Below, piece by piece: positions 1 through 7,693 of a stretch of DNA of 34,212 nucleotides (within the stretch, counting starts at the first letter, position 1; every line of letters begins with the position of its first letter). The stretch is from positions 1-34,212 of the forward strand of contig JAQUAK010000001.1 in the NCBI GenBank assembly GCA_028687275.1. Direction: 5' to 3'. The stretch is from Patescibacteria group bacterium. GTDB lineage: Bacteria > Patescibacteriota > Patescibacteriia > Patescibacteriales > UBA12465. The position numbers were made by a program, and so were the translations under genes. Under the pieces are notes generated by a model. The model did no database searches. It was not told the DNA's origin and saw nothing but the letters and a program-made list of their open reading frames with translations.

Positions 1-27
1 CAAGAGTCCACATCGACGACCTGGTTC

Positions 28-60
<33 letters not shown>

Positions 61-70
61 GTGGAGAAGC

Positions 71-123
<53 letters not shown>

Positions 124-127
124 CCGT

Positions 128-825
128 TTAGCAGCTAATTATATTGGCTATTAAACACTCTGAATCCAGAGGCAAGACATCAAATACGGCGGCAATATCA
201 AGTAATTGATATTGGTATAAAAGCTGACTCATATCGATGAAGTCCTAACAGGTAATTGAAAATTAACCTGTCATATGTTAGGATAATATCGAGGGAAGTC
301 GCTTATGTTAAAATTAACGCAAACACAATTAGCTTACTTAGCAGGATTCATCGATGGCGATGGAAGTATTTATGTAAGACTGAAGCCGAACGATAGCTAT
401 CGTTATGGTTTTCAGATTGCTCCTTATATAGTTTTATTTCAATCAGCTAAAGATGAAATACATTTTCAAAAAATTTGTAAATTGTTAAGTTGTGGCTACT
501 TGCGCAGAAGAAAAGATGGGATATTAGAATATACTATCGGTCGCAGAGAAGAAATAGTGTCTTTAATTAAGGTAATTAAACCATATTTAATTCTTAAACG
601 ACGACAAGCGGATTTACTTGAAGAAATTTTTAGAAAGAAAGATTTGGTAAAAAGTGCCAAAGATTTCTCAAAATTAATGGATTTAGTAAATAAATTTGCA
701 GATATAAATTATTCTAAGAAACGCATCAAACATAAGTTGACCCCGTAGAGACTAAACGTCGGCCTCCTGAAAGCGTTTCAGGATGAAGGTATAGTCCGTG
801 CACTTAGTAATAAGTGAATAACATG
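128..825 (+). mobile_element. Group I intron in 23S rRNA at the I-CreI-type site (about E. coli position 2593), carrying a homing endonuclease ORF
   Basis: The 5' exon ends in T127 and the insert ends in G825 (omega-G rule). Group I core is present: P7 strands GTAGAGACTA (745-754) and GGTATAGTCC (788-797), P8 hairpin CCTGAAA-GCG-TTTCAGG (766-782), and a GTAA-capped hairpin CACTTA-GTAA-TAAGTG (801-816). Removing it restores a continuous conserved 23S sequence. Confidence 0.85.
305..748 (+). CDS. Single-motif LAGLIDADG homing endonuclease, I-CreI family (intron-encoded)
   Basis: LAYLAGFIDGDGSIYVRLKPNDSY aligns, from memory, with I-CreI LLYLAGFVDGDGSIIAQIKPNQSY. Also similar downstream: ...KPYLILKRRQADL vs ...QPFLKLKQKQANL. 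The size (147 aa) fits a homodimeric single-LAGLIDADG enzyme. The stop codon TAG (746-748) lies inside the intron P7 element. Confidence 0.9.
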   Translation: MLKLTQTQLAYLAGFIDGDGSIYVRLKPNDSYRYGFQIAPYIVLFQSAKDEIHFQKICKLLSCGYLRRRKDGILEYTIGRREEIVSLIKVIKPYLILKRRQADLLEEIFRKKDLVKSAKDFSKLMDLVNKFADINYSKKRIKHKLTP

Positions 826-968
826 CGTAAGACAGGTCGGTCTCCTATCCACTGTGGTCGCGGAAACTTGAAGAGGCCCTTCCTTAGTACGAGAGGACCG
901 GGAAGGACGAAGCTCTAGTGTACCTGCTGTTCTACCAAGGGCATTGCAGGGTAGCTACCTTCGGTTTA

Positions 969-999
<31 letters not shown>

Positions 1000-1242
1000 T
1001 GTCTCTAAGATTAGGTTTCACAGACTGGTTGAAGAATACAACCTTGATAGGCTGTACGTGTAAGTCCAGTAATGGATTGAGCGGAGCAGTACTAATAAGT
1101 CGTTAGATTTTCCCACACTTTTGTTTTTCAATACTTCGCCTTGGCTTTATACTAATTTATTGGTATATCGCTAGGAGAATTTGCATCGAAAAAACGTTTC
1201 TACTCTTAAGAGTTGTGAAACACAAATAAAAAGACACCATCG

Positions 1243-1358
1243 TTTTGGTGGCAAAGCAAGAGGGCCACACCTGATCCCATCCCGAACTCAGAAGTTAAGC
1301 CTCTTCGCGCCGATGATACTTGGGCCTGAGCCCTGGGAAAGTAGGTCGCCGCCGGAAC
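1243..1358 (+). rRNA. rrf: 5S rRNA
   Basis: CCACACCTGATCCCATCCCGAACTCAGAAGTTAAGC and GGGAAAGTAGGTCGCCGCC match the 5S consensus. The terminal helix TTGGTGGC/GCCGCCGG closes the molecule. Ends are +/- 3 nt. Confidence 0.9.
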
Positions 1359-1403
1359 AATGGTGTTTTTTTATTGGCAAAACAGGCTAGTTAAATATAT
1401 TTT

Positions 1404-1437
1404 AGACACTGCGATATTCGCAGTGTCTTTTGTTTTT
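1404..1437 (+). terminator. Rho-independent terminator after the rRNA operon
   Basis: Perfect 10-bp stem AGACACTGCG / CGCAGTGTCT with a 5-nt loop, followed by TTTGTTTTT. Confidence 0.7.
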
Positions 1438-1485
1438 GCCTCACTTTTATAAAGGTGTTAATATTAAAGTATTAAATAATAATAT

Positions 1486-2892
1486 ATGACTTTAATTAAA
1501 TCAATTTCAGGTATTCGCGGTACTATTGGCGGCGGTGGGGATGATAATTTAACTCCTCCTAATTTAGTTACTTTTGTGTCTGCTTATGCTGAGCAAATAA
1601 AAGAAAAATTTGCTGAAATAAAAAATCCAAGCATTGTTCTGGGACGGGATGGTCGCATTAGCGGCGCCCCTGTTTATGATTTAGTTTCTGCAACTTTACG
1701 ATTGTTGGGCCTTAATGTTTTATCCTTGGATTTAGCCACCACGCCAACAGTTGAAATGAGTGTTATTAGAGAAAAGGCTCAAGGGGGCATCATTTTAAGT
1801 GCGTCTCACAACCCACGTCAATGGAATGCCTTAAAGTTGTTAAATGAGCAAGGAGAATTTTTAAATGCAGATGATGGGCAAGAGCTTTTAGCTAGGACTA
1901 AGACTGCTTCCTTTAATTACGCCGAAGTTGATAGTATTGGTGAACAAAAGATAATTAAGGATGCTCTAGAAGGTCATATACAGGCCATACTGGCCTTAAA
2001 ATTGGTTAAGGCGCCTGAGATTACTAAGGCCAACTTTAAAGTTGTAGTGGACGGAATTAATTCTGTTGGCGCCTTTGCTATTCCGGAATTATTGAAAGCT
2101 TTAGGTTTAAAGAATATTGAAGTAATTAATGCCGAGGTTAATGGTGAATTTAATCATAATCCTGAGCCTTTAGATAAACACCTAAATGAGATTAAAGAAC
2201 GCGTTAAAACAAGTAAGGCTGATTTGGGGATAGTGGTTGACCCTGACGTTGATCGCTTAGCTTTTATTGATGAAAATGGAGAGATGTTTGGCGAAGAATA
2301 TACTTTAGTGGCCGTGGCTGATTATGTAATGCACGATTCTTGTTCCTGTTATTATCAAAAAATTTCTGTTTCTAATTTATCTTCTTCACGAGCGCTTAAA
2401 GATATAACTGAAAAAAGAGGTGGCGCTTATTACGCTACCGCTGTGGGAGAAGTTAATGTAGTGACTAAAATGAAAGAGACGGGCGCTATTATTGGTGGCG
2501 AAGGTAATGGTGGAATTATTTTTCCCGAATTACACTATGGACGGGATGCTCTTGTGGGAACAGCTTTATTTTTAAGTGCTTTAGCTGATAATAAAATGAA
2601 AATGTCGGAATACAAAAAACAGTTTCCTCAGTATGAAATGGTTAAAGATCGAATAGATTTAGAGATTGGTACGGATGTGCCAGCGATTTTAGAAAAGGTA
2701 AAAACAAAATTTTCTGGTGAGAATATCACCGATATTGATGGTATAAAAATTGATTGGGAAGACTCCTGGGTGCACTTACGTGCCTCTAATACGGAGCCAA
2801 TCATTCGTATTTACGCAGAAGCTAAAACAATGAAGCAAGCAGAACTTAAGGTGAAGGAAGTAAAAGATATAATATTGGCTGATTTTAGTTAA
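1486..2892 (+). CDS. glmM: Phosphoglucosamine mutase / alpha-D-phosphohexomutase family
   Basis: Active-site loop SASHNP, metal loop VDPDVDR, and N-terminus MTLIKSISGIRGTIGG typical of the GlmM-like subgroup. Exact sugar specificity was not determinable. Confidence 0.8.
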   Translation: MTLIKSISGIRGTIGGGGDDNLTPPNLVTFVSAYAEQIKEKFAEIKNPSIVLGRDGRISGAPVYDLVSATLRLLGLNVLSLDLATTPTVEMSVIREKAQGGIILSASHNPRQWNALKLLNEQGEFLNADDGQELLARTKTASFNYAEVDSIGEQKIIKDALEGHIQAILALKLVKAPEITKANFKVVVDGINSVGAFAIPELLKALGLKNIEVINAEVNGEFNHNPEPLDKHLNEIKERVKTSKADLGIVVDPDVDRLAFIDENGEMFGEEYTLVAVADYVMHDSCSCYYQKISVSNLSSSRALKDITEKRGGAYYATAVGEVNVVTKMKETGAIIGGEGNGGIIFPELHYGRDALVGTALFLSALADNKMKMSEYKKQFPQYEMVKDRIDLEIGTDVPAILEKVKTKFSGENITDIDGIKIDWEDSWVHLRASNTEPIIRIYAEAKTMKQAELKVKEVKDIILADFS

Positions 2893-2993
2893 AATATTTC
2901 TGTTACTAGTGTTTGCCCCAGGGCTTTAAAAATGCTAAAATATAAGTGAAATTGTGGATTTATTTCCTATTATTTTTTATAATTATCTAATTT

Positions 2994-3737
2994 ATGAAGA
3001 CAAAAATAGTTATCCTAGCTGCTGGTAGAGGCACGCGTATGGGGTCAGAGTTGCCTAAAGTTCTGGTATTGTTAAAAGGTAAATCAATGATAAGTTGTTT
3101 GATGAAAGCGGTTTATGATTCAGGGGTTGATGATTGCCCAATAGTTGTTGTTTCGCCTGAGAATAAGAATCTTATTGAACAGGAGTTATCTGGTTATAAA
3201 GTTGTTTATGCGATTCAAGAAAAGCAGCTTGGCACTGGACATGCTGTTGGTTGCGCCCGTTCTTTAGTTGATGCCAGTTATGATAATGTTTTAGTTTTAT
3301 ATGGAGATCATCCATTTTTAACTTCTGAATCAATAAAATCTTTTGCTTTAAGTAAGCCAGAAGCGTTAACAATAATGCCAACGCTCTTACCTGACTTTAA
3401 AAACTGGCATCATAATTTTTTTCACTTAGGCAGGATTGCTAGAGATGATTCTGGGCGAGTTTCTGGAATTATTGAATTTAAAGATGCTAGTGACAAGGAC
3501 AAGGAAATACTAGAAATCAATATGGGCTTTATGTGTTTCAATCGTTCTTGGTTGTTTGATAATATCGATAATTTAAATTCAGAAAATAAAGCTAATGAAT
3601 TTTATTTAACAGATTTAGTGAAGATGGCGGCAACACAAAACAGGATCATAGACTCTATTATGGTCGGGCCGCGTGAATCTATGGGTATAAATAGTAAAGA
3701 AGAATTAGCTATCGCTGAGGAGTTAATGTTAAAATAA
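2994..3737 (+). CDS. Sugar-1-phosphate nucleotidyltransferase, GlmU N-terminal (uridylyltransferase) domain only
   Basis: GlmU-like motifs LAAGRGTRMGSELPKVL, QEKQLGTGHAV and LYGDHPFL. At 247 aa there is no left-handed beta-helix acetyltransferase domain. Confidence 0.75.
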   Translation: MKTKIVILAAGRGTRMGSELPKVLVLLKGKSMISCLMKAVYDSGVDDCPIVVVSPENKNLIEQELSGYKVVYAIQEKQLGTGHAVGCARSLVDASYDNVLVLYGDHPFLTSESIKSFALSKPEALTIMPTLLPDFKNWHHNFFHLGRIARDDSGRVSGIIEFKDASDKDKEILEINMGFMCFNRSWLFDNIDNLNSENKANEFYLTDLVKMAATQNRIIDSIMVGPRESMGINSKEELAIAEELMLK

Positions 3738-3770
3738 TTATTTAATTTTTTATATATTTAGATATATTCT

Positions 3771-4244
3771 ATGTTCAAGATTATCTCACAGATTGTATTT
3801 TTAATTATTTTTTTATTCTTAACAATTTTTGTAACAGTTTGGTTTAATGACAGCGAAGAAGACGGGACAATGACAGATAATAAACAGTCGATTTCTTGGT
3901 TAAGTGAATCATTTAAAATTACGGGATCGGTTATTAGTGCGTTCTTGCCAAAGACAGAGACAAGCTCTAACCTTAAAAACAATGATAACATGCACGAAAT
4001 TGGAGAAGCTAACGACAGCTCTAGTTTCGCAACGGATATTCCAGGAATGTATAATAATATTAGTGGCTCTGCTTCAGAATACATTAATAATGAAAACGGT
4101 GAGGAAAATGAATTTCGCAGTTTTGTGGGTGATATTGTAGAAAAAGCCCCGGAGTATTATCTGGATGTGAAATTATACAATAATGCCTGGCAGAAATTCT
4201 GGTCTTTTTACTGGTTAAAATATAGTGAAACAATTTCGGAGTAA
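3771..4244 (+). CDS. Hypothetical membrane-anchored acidic protein
   Basis: ATG start. The N-terminal hydrophobic helix (IISQIVFLIIFLFLTIFVTVWF) is followed by an Asn/Ser/Glu-rich region. It is co-oriented with its neighbours. No family recognised. Confidence 0.45.
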   Translation: MFKIISQIVFLIIFLFLTIFVTVWFNDSEEDGTMTDNKQSISWLSESFKITGSVISAFLPKTETSSNLKNNDNMHEIGEANDSSSFATDIPGMYNNISGSASEYINNENGEENEFRSFVGDIVEKAPEYYLDVKLYNNAWQKFWSFYWLKYSETISE

Positions 4245-4416
4245 TAAAGAGTCACTATTATAAATCACTTAAGTATTGTATAATATCTAAGCTTGATAGA
4301 CACAGTTTAATTATTTTTTAGCTTTAAGTTAACCTAACTGTGCTACTTTAAAATTATTAATATTAATGTGCGCTGAGAAACGATTGATTCATATCTAACG
4401 TTTTAGCGATATATGT

Positions 4417-5484
4417 ATGACTAAAGATAAAAAGACTAAGCCGGTTAGTGAAAGTACTAACTCGGAAAATCATGATAAAAGAGTTGCGGCTGCTGCCGAT
4501 GCAATTGAACAAATTAAAACTAAATTTGGAGAAGGTTCAATTATGAGATTTGGTGATGTTCGCAAAACCAATGTCGATGCGATTTCTACTGGCTGCTTAT
4601 CACTTGACGTTGCTTTTGGTATTGGCGGCGTGCCTAGAGGACGTATTATTGAAATATATGGCCCTGAATCATCTGGTAAAACAACCTTGGCTCAGCATAT
4701 TGTGGCAGAAGTACAAAAAATTGGTGGCATTGCCGCCTTCGTTGACGCTGAACATGCACTTGACCCTGATTATGCCGCTAAAATTGGAGTTAATATTAAT
4801 GATCTTTTAATTTCTCAGCCAGATTCAGGCGAACAGGCCTTGGAGATTGTAGAAACTTTAGTTCGTTCTAATGCGGTTGATGTAATTGTTATTGATAGTG
4901 TGGCCGCCTTAGTGCCTCAGAAAGAAATTGAGGGAGAGATGGGTGATCAGCATATGGGTTTGCAAGCTCGTTTAATGAGTCAGGCCTTACGTAAATTAAC
5001 TGGAATTGTGGCCAAGACAAAAACTAGTGTTATTTTTATTAATCAAATTAGACACAAGATTGGTGTTTTCTTCGGCAACCCTGAAACCACTTCTGGCGGC
5101 AATGCCTTAAAATTTTATTGCTCGGTGCGAGTAGAGATTAGAAGGGCCGCTCAAATTAAACAGGGAGAAAGCATTGTTGGCAATCGTGTGAAGGTAAAAA
5201 TTGTAAAGAATAAAGTGGCCGCCCCTTTTAAGACTTGCGAGTTTGATATTATGTATAATGAAGGTATTTCGGTTTCTGGAGACTTGCTTGATACCGGAGT
5301 TGAATATGGTGTTATTAAGAAAAGTGGCAATTCCTATACTTTTGGTGATGTTAAATTAGGCGTTGGCCGTGAAGCTGCTAAGAAAACCATTAAACACGAT
5401 AAAAAGTTATTAGCAGAAATCAGAAAAGCAATTTTAACTGAGATAAAAAGCAAGGAAATTGAAGTGCAAGAAAGTAATAAATAA
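4417..5484 (+). CDS. recA: Recombinase RecA
   Basis: Walker [11 protein letters not shown], plus the conserved blocks [19 protein letters not shown] and FINQIR. Confidence 0.97.
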   Translation: MTKDKKTKPVSESTNSENHDKRVAAAADAIEQIKTKFGEGSIMRFGDVRKTNVDAISTGCLSLDVAFGIGGVPRGRIIEIYGPESSGKTTLAQHIVAEVQKIGGIAAFVDAEHALDPDYAAKIGVNINDLLISQPDSGEQALEIVETLVRSNAVDVIVIDSVAALVPQKEIEGEMGDQHMGLQARLMSQALRKLTGIVAKTKTSVIFINQIRHKIGVFFGNPETTSGGNALKFYCSVRVEIRRAAQIKQGESIVGNRVKVKIVKNKVAAPFKTCEFDIMYNEGISVSGDLLDTGVEYGVIKKSGNSYTFGDVKLGVGREAAKKTIKHDKKLLAEIRKAILTEIKSKEIEVQESNK

Positions 5485-5505
5485 TCATTTATATTTATCA
5501 TCAAT

Positions 5506-5531
5506 AGGCGTCCATTTGGACGCCTGTTATT
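5506..5531 (+). terminator. Rho-independent terminator after recA
   Basis: Stem AGGCGTCC / GGACGCCT with loop ATTT, followed by GTTATTT. Confidence 0.6.
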
Positions 5532-5537
5532 TAGTCT

Positions 5538-6218
5538 ATGACTTATGTATTATCAATCGGGGGATCATTAATTGTTCCGCCAGCAGGTATTGATACGCAG
5601 TTCCTTAAATCACTGCGTAAATTTGTATTAACTCGTTATGATCAAGAGGATCGCTTAATAATTGTTACTGGCGGTGGTTCAGTGGCACGTCAGTATGTTA
5701 AGGCCTCGGCGACAGTGGAAAAGGTTCCAGAAGATGATCAAGATTGGCTCGGCATTCATGCTACTCGTCTCAATGCTCATTTAGTAAGAACAATTCTAAG
5801 AGATCTGGCTCACCCTGAGATTGTAACTAATCCCGATAAGGTGATTCAAGTAAAAAGCCGAGTTTTAGTAGCGGGCGGTTATCGACCTGGTTGGTCAACC
5901 GATTATGTAGCCGTTTTATTGGCTAAAAAATATAAAGCCAAGACAGTTATCAATTTATCAAATATTGATTATGTCTACGATACCGATCCTAGAAAAAATA
6001 AGAATGCTAAACCAATTAAGGATATTAATTGGCATGATTTTCGTGAGATTGTTGGGAATGAATGGCACCCGGGCTTAAACGCTCCCTTTGACCCAGTCGC
6101 TTCACGCCTGGCTCAAGAATTAAATCTTCAGGTGGCAGTTTTAAATGGTAATAAAATGAGTAATGTTCATAAATTTTTAGATAAAAAGAAATATCAAGGT
6201 ACAATTATTCATCCTTAA
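5538..6218 (+). CDS. pyrH: UMP kinase, archaeal-type (amino-acid kinase fold)
   Basis: LSIGGSLIVP, IIVTGGGSVARQY and the C-terminal GTIIHP resemble archaeal PyrH (~225 aa; e.g. Pyrococcus ...GTTIEP, from memory). They do not resemble the bacterial KLSGE.../GGGN form. Confidence 0.75.
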   Translation: MTYVLSIGGSLIVPPAGIDTQFLKSLRKFVLTRYDQEDRLIIVTGGGSVARQYVKASATVEKVPEDDQDWLGIHATRLNAHLVRTILRDLAHPEIVTNPDKVIQVKSRVLVAGGYRPGWSTDYVAVLLAKKYKAKTVINLSNIDYVYDTDPRKNKNAKPIKDINWHDFREIVGNEWHPGLNAPFDPVASRLAQELNLQVAVLNGNKMSNVHKFLDKKKYQGTIIHP

Positions 6219-6233
6219 AATATTGACTATAAT

Positions 6234-6268
6234 AAAAAAGACTAGCTTATATAGGGCTAGTCTTTTTT
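6234..6268. terminator. Bidirectional terminator between convergent pyrH and adk
   Basis: 13-bp perfect stem AAAAAAGACTAGC / GCTAGTCTTTTTT. The A-run and T-run give a U-tract on both strands. Confidence 0.7.
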
Positions 6269-6275
6269 ATTATGT

Positions 6276-6842
6276 TTATTTTCTTTTTAATATCTGCTCT
6301 TTTAGATGCTCAAATACTTCTTCGATTGAGCCCTGTCCATCAACGCTGATCAAGCGTTCTTTTTCGGCATAAAAGTCGAGTAATGGCTGGGTTTGCTGGG
6401 CATAGATTAAAAGACGGTTAGAAATAGTAGTTTTATTATCATCAGCGCGTCCTAATTTTTGTCCGCGTAATTTTAATCTACTTATTAATTCTTCTTGGTT
6501 TACCTCCAAATTTAATACTAACGGAAGGGCCTTTGTGGTAAGAAGTGTGTCTAGTTTTAAAGCTTGGTTAATGTTTCGTGGATAGCCGTCAAAAACAAAA
6601 CCGGCGCTTGGGCCGTTTTTTTCTATCTCATTTTTGACAATTGTATCAACGATATTATCATCAACTAAACCACCACCCGCTACTATTGTTTGTACTTGTT
6701 TGCCAATAGTCGTTTGTTGACTAACTTCTTCCCGCAACAGCGCTCCAGTTGAGAGATGTATTAAATTAAAGTCCTCAGAAATCTTTTGAGCTTGCGTGCC
6801 CTTGCCCGCCCCAGGCGGACCAAATATTATAAGGTTAAACAT
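6276..6842 (-). CDS. adk: Adenylate kinase (short-lid form)
   Basis: P-loop GPPGAGKGTQ, LSTGALLR and GRADDN. The LID segment is short, with no Cys4 zinc knuckle. Confidence 0.9.
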   Translation of the reverse strand: MFNLIIFGPPGAGKGTQAQKISEDFNLIHLSTGALLREEVSQQTTIGKQVQTIVAGGGLVDDNIVDTIVKNEIEKNGPSAGFVFDGYPRNINQALKLDTLLTTKALPLVLNLEVNQEELISRLKLRGQKLGRADDNKTTISNRLLIYAQQTQPLLDFYAEKERLISVDGQGSIEEVFEHLKEQILKRK

Positions 6843-6871
6843 ATTTATTGAAAAAATGAACTACTTATAGG

Positions 6872-6944
6872 TGCGTCCAGAGGGATTCGAACCCACGACC
6901 GTCTCCTTAAGAGGGAGCTGCTCTACCAACTGAGCTATAGACGC
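6872..6944 (-). tRNA. tRNA-Lys(CUU)
   Basis: Hand-folded cloverleaf with acceptor GCGTCTA/TGGACGC, D arm GCTC-AGTTGGTA-GAGC, anticodon loop CTCTTAA and T loop TTCGAAT. CCA is not encoded. Confidence 0.88.
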
Positions 6945-6968
6945 AATTTAGTTGTTTTGATTGTGCAA

Positions 6969-7045
6969 TGGTGGCTGGAGAGGGGCTCGAACCCTCGACC
7001 TTAGCGTTATGAGTGCTACGCTCTAACCAGCTGAGCTACCCAGCC
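6969..7045 (-). tRNA. tRNA with CAU anticodon (elongator Met, or Ile2 if lysidine-modified), CCA encoded
   Basis: Acceptor GGCTGGG/TCCAGCC, anticodon loop CTCATAA, T loop TTCGAGC. No 1:72 mismatch and no GGG/CCC anticodon stem, so it is not an initiator. Confidence 0.85.
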
Positions 7046-7189
7046 ATATTTGATGAGCCAGTAAAAGCTCCGGACAATGTGAATGATTGATTAGTTGAAA
7101 TTAAAAAATTGATACAGGTCTATTATATTTATGAAATTAATAAGAGTCAAGGCCTGAATAAAAATTTATTTTGGATTAAACTTGCGCAG

Positions 7190-7263
7190 TGCTCCGGAGA
7201 GGACTCGAACCTCTAACCTTGTGGTCCGAAGCCACACACTCTATCCAATTGAGCTACCGGAGC
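7190..7263 (-). tRNA. tRNA-Arg(UCG)
   Basis: Acceptor GCTCCGG/CCGGAGC, anticodon arm TGTGG-CTTCGGA-CCACA, T loop TTCGAGT. Confidence 0.9.
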
Positions 7264-7358
7264 GATAAGAGTAAGCTTTAAAATATTTTAAATTTTAAAA
7301 GCCATAAGGCTTGCCCAAAAAAGATCTGAGCAAGCCCGTTTCTTTAATATTTGATTAT

Positions 7359-7646
7359 TTAGCGCTTACCCTTTAAGGCTTGCTTAAGGTTGTAACCAGT
7401 CTTAAATTTAGCTACCTTAACTGCGGGAATAGTGATTCTTTCTTTTGGATTTTGAGGATTAACACCGCCTCGAGAGTATCTAACTCGAGAAAGAAAGGTG
7501 CCGAAGCCGGTGATAGTAACCTCACGGTCACTTTTAAGTTCGTCAATGATAGTGTCGGTTAAAACGTCTAACATCTTTTCGGCCTGTTTTTTGTTGAGAC
7601 CTTCCACCTCACGGTAGAGTTTGTCGATAAGTTGTGCTTTATTCAT
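7359..7646 (-). CDS. hup: HU/IHF-family DNA-binding protein
   Basis: MNKAQLIDKL..., GFGTF and the beta-arm motif R..RNPQ-like (GGVNPQNPKERITIP). 95 aa. Confidence 0.9.
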   Translation of the reverse strand: MNKAQLIDKLYREVEGLNKKQAEKMLDVLTDTIIDELKSDREVTITGFGTFLSRVRYSRGGVNPQNPKERITIPAVKVAKFKTGYNLKQALKGKR

Positions 7647-7693
7647 ATATTTGGCGCCCGGCCCTTAATTGAGCTTGAGGACGTTAATTATAA

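Noticed and set aside
1181-1390. 69-aa plus-strand ORF
   Set aside because: It lies entirely over the 23S-5S spacer and the 5S rRNA gene. Its peptide is simply a translation of 5S.
3758-4084. 108-aa minus-strand ORF overlapping the 3771-4244 plus-strand ORF
   Set aside because: The plus-strand ORF is longer, co-oriented with its neighbours and has a plausible TM anchor. The minus ORF is treated as its shadow. Neither has homology support, so confidence in the plus ORF is only moderate.
4245-4416. LexA/SOS box upstream of recA
   Set aside because: No CTGT-N8-ACAG or CGAAC-N4-GTTCG type palindrome is present. Only a generic 7-bp inverted repeat (CACAGTT...AACTGTG) and a TGTATAAT extended -10 box were seen.
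7290-7345. Two mutually exclusive hairpins downstream of hup (GGCTTGC...GCAAGCC versus AAGCC-ATAA-GGCTT) as a possible attenuator
   Set aside because: The stems are short (5-7 bp), and the arrangement is most simply a weak or compound terminator between hup and tRNA-Arg. The evidence is insufficient to call a regulatory switch.
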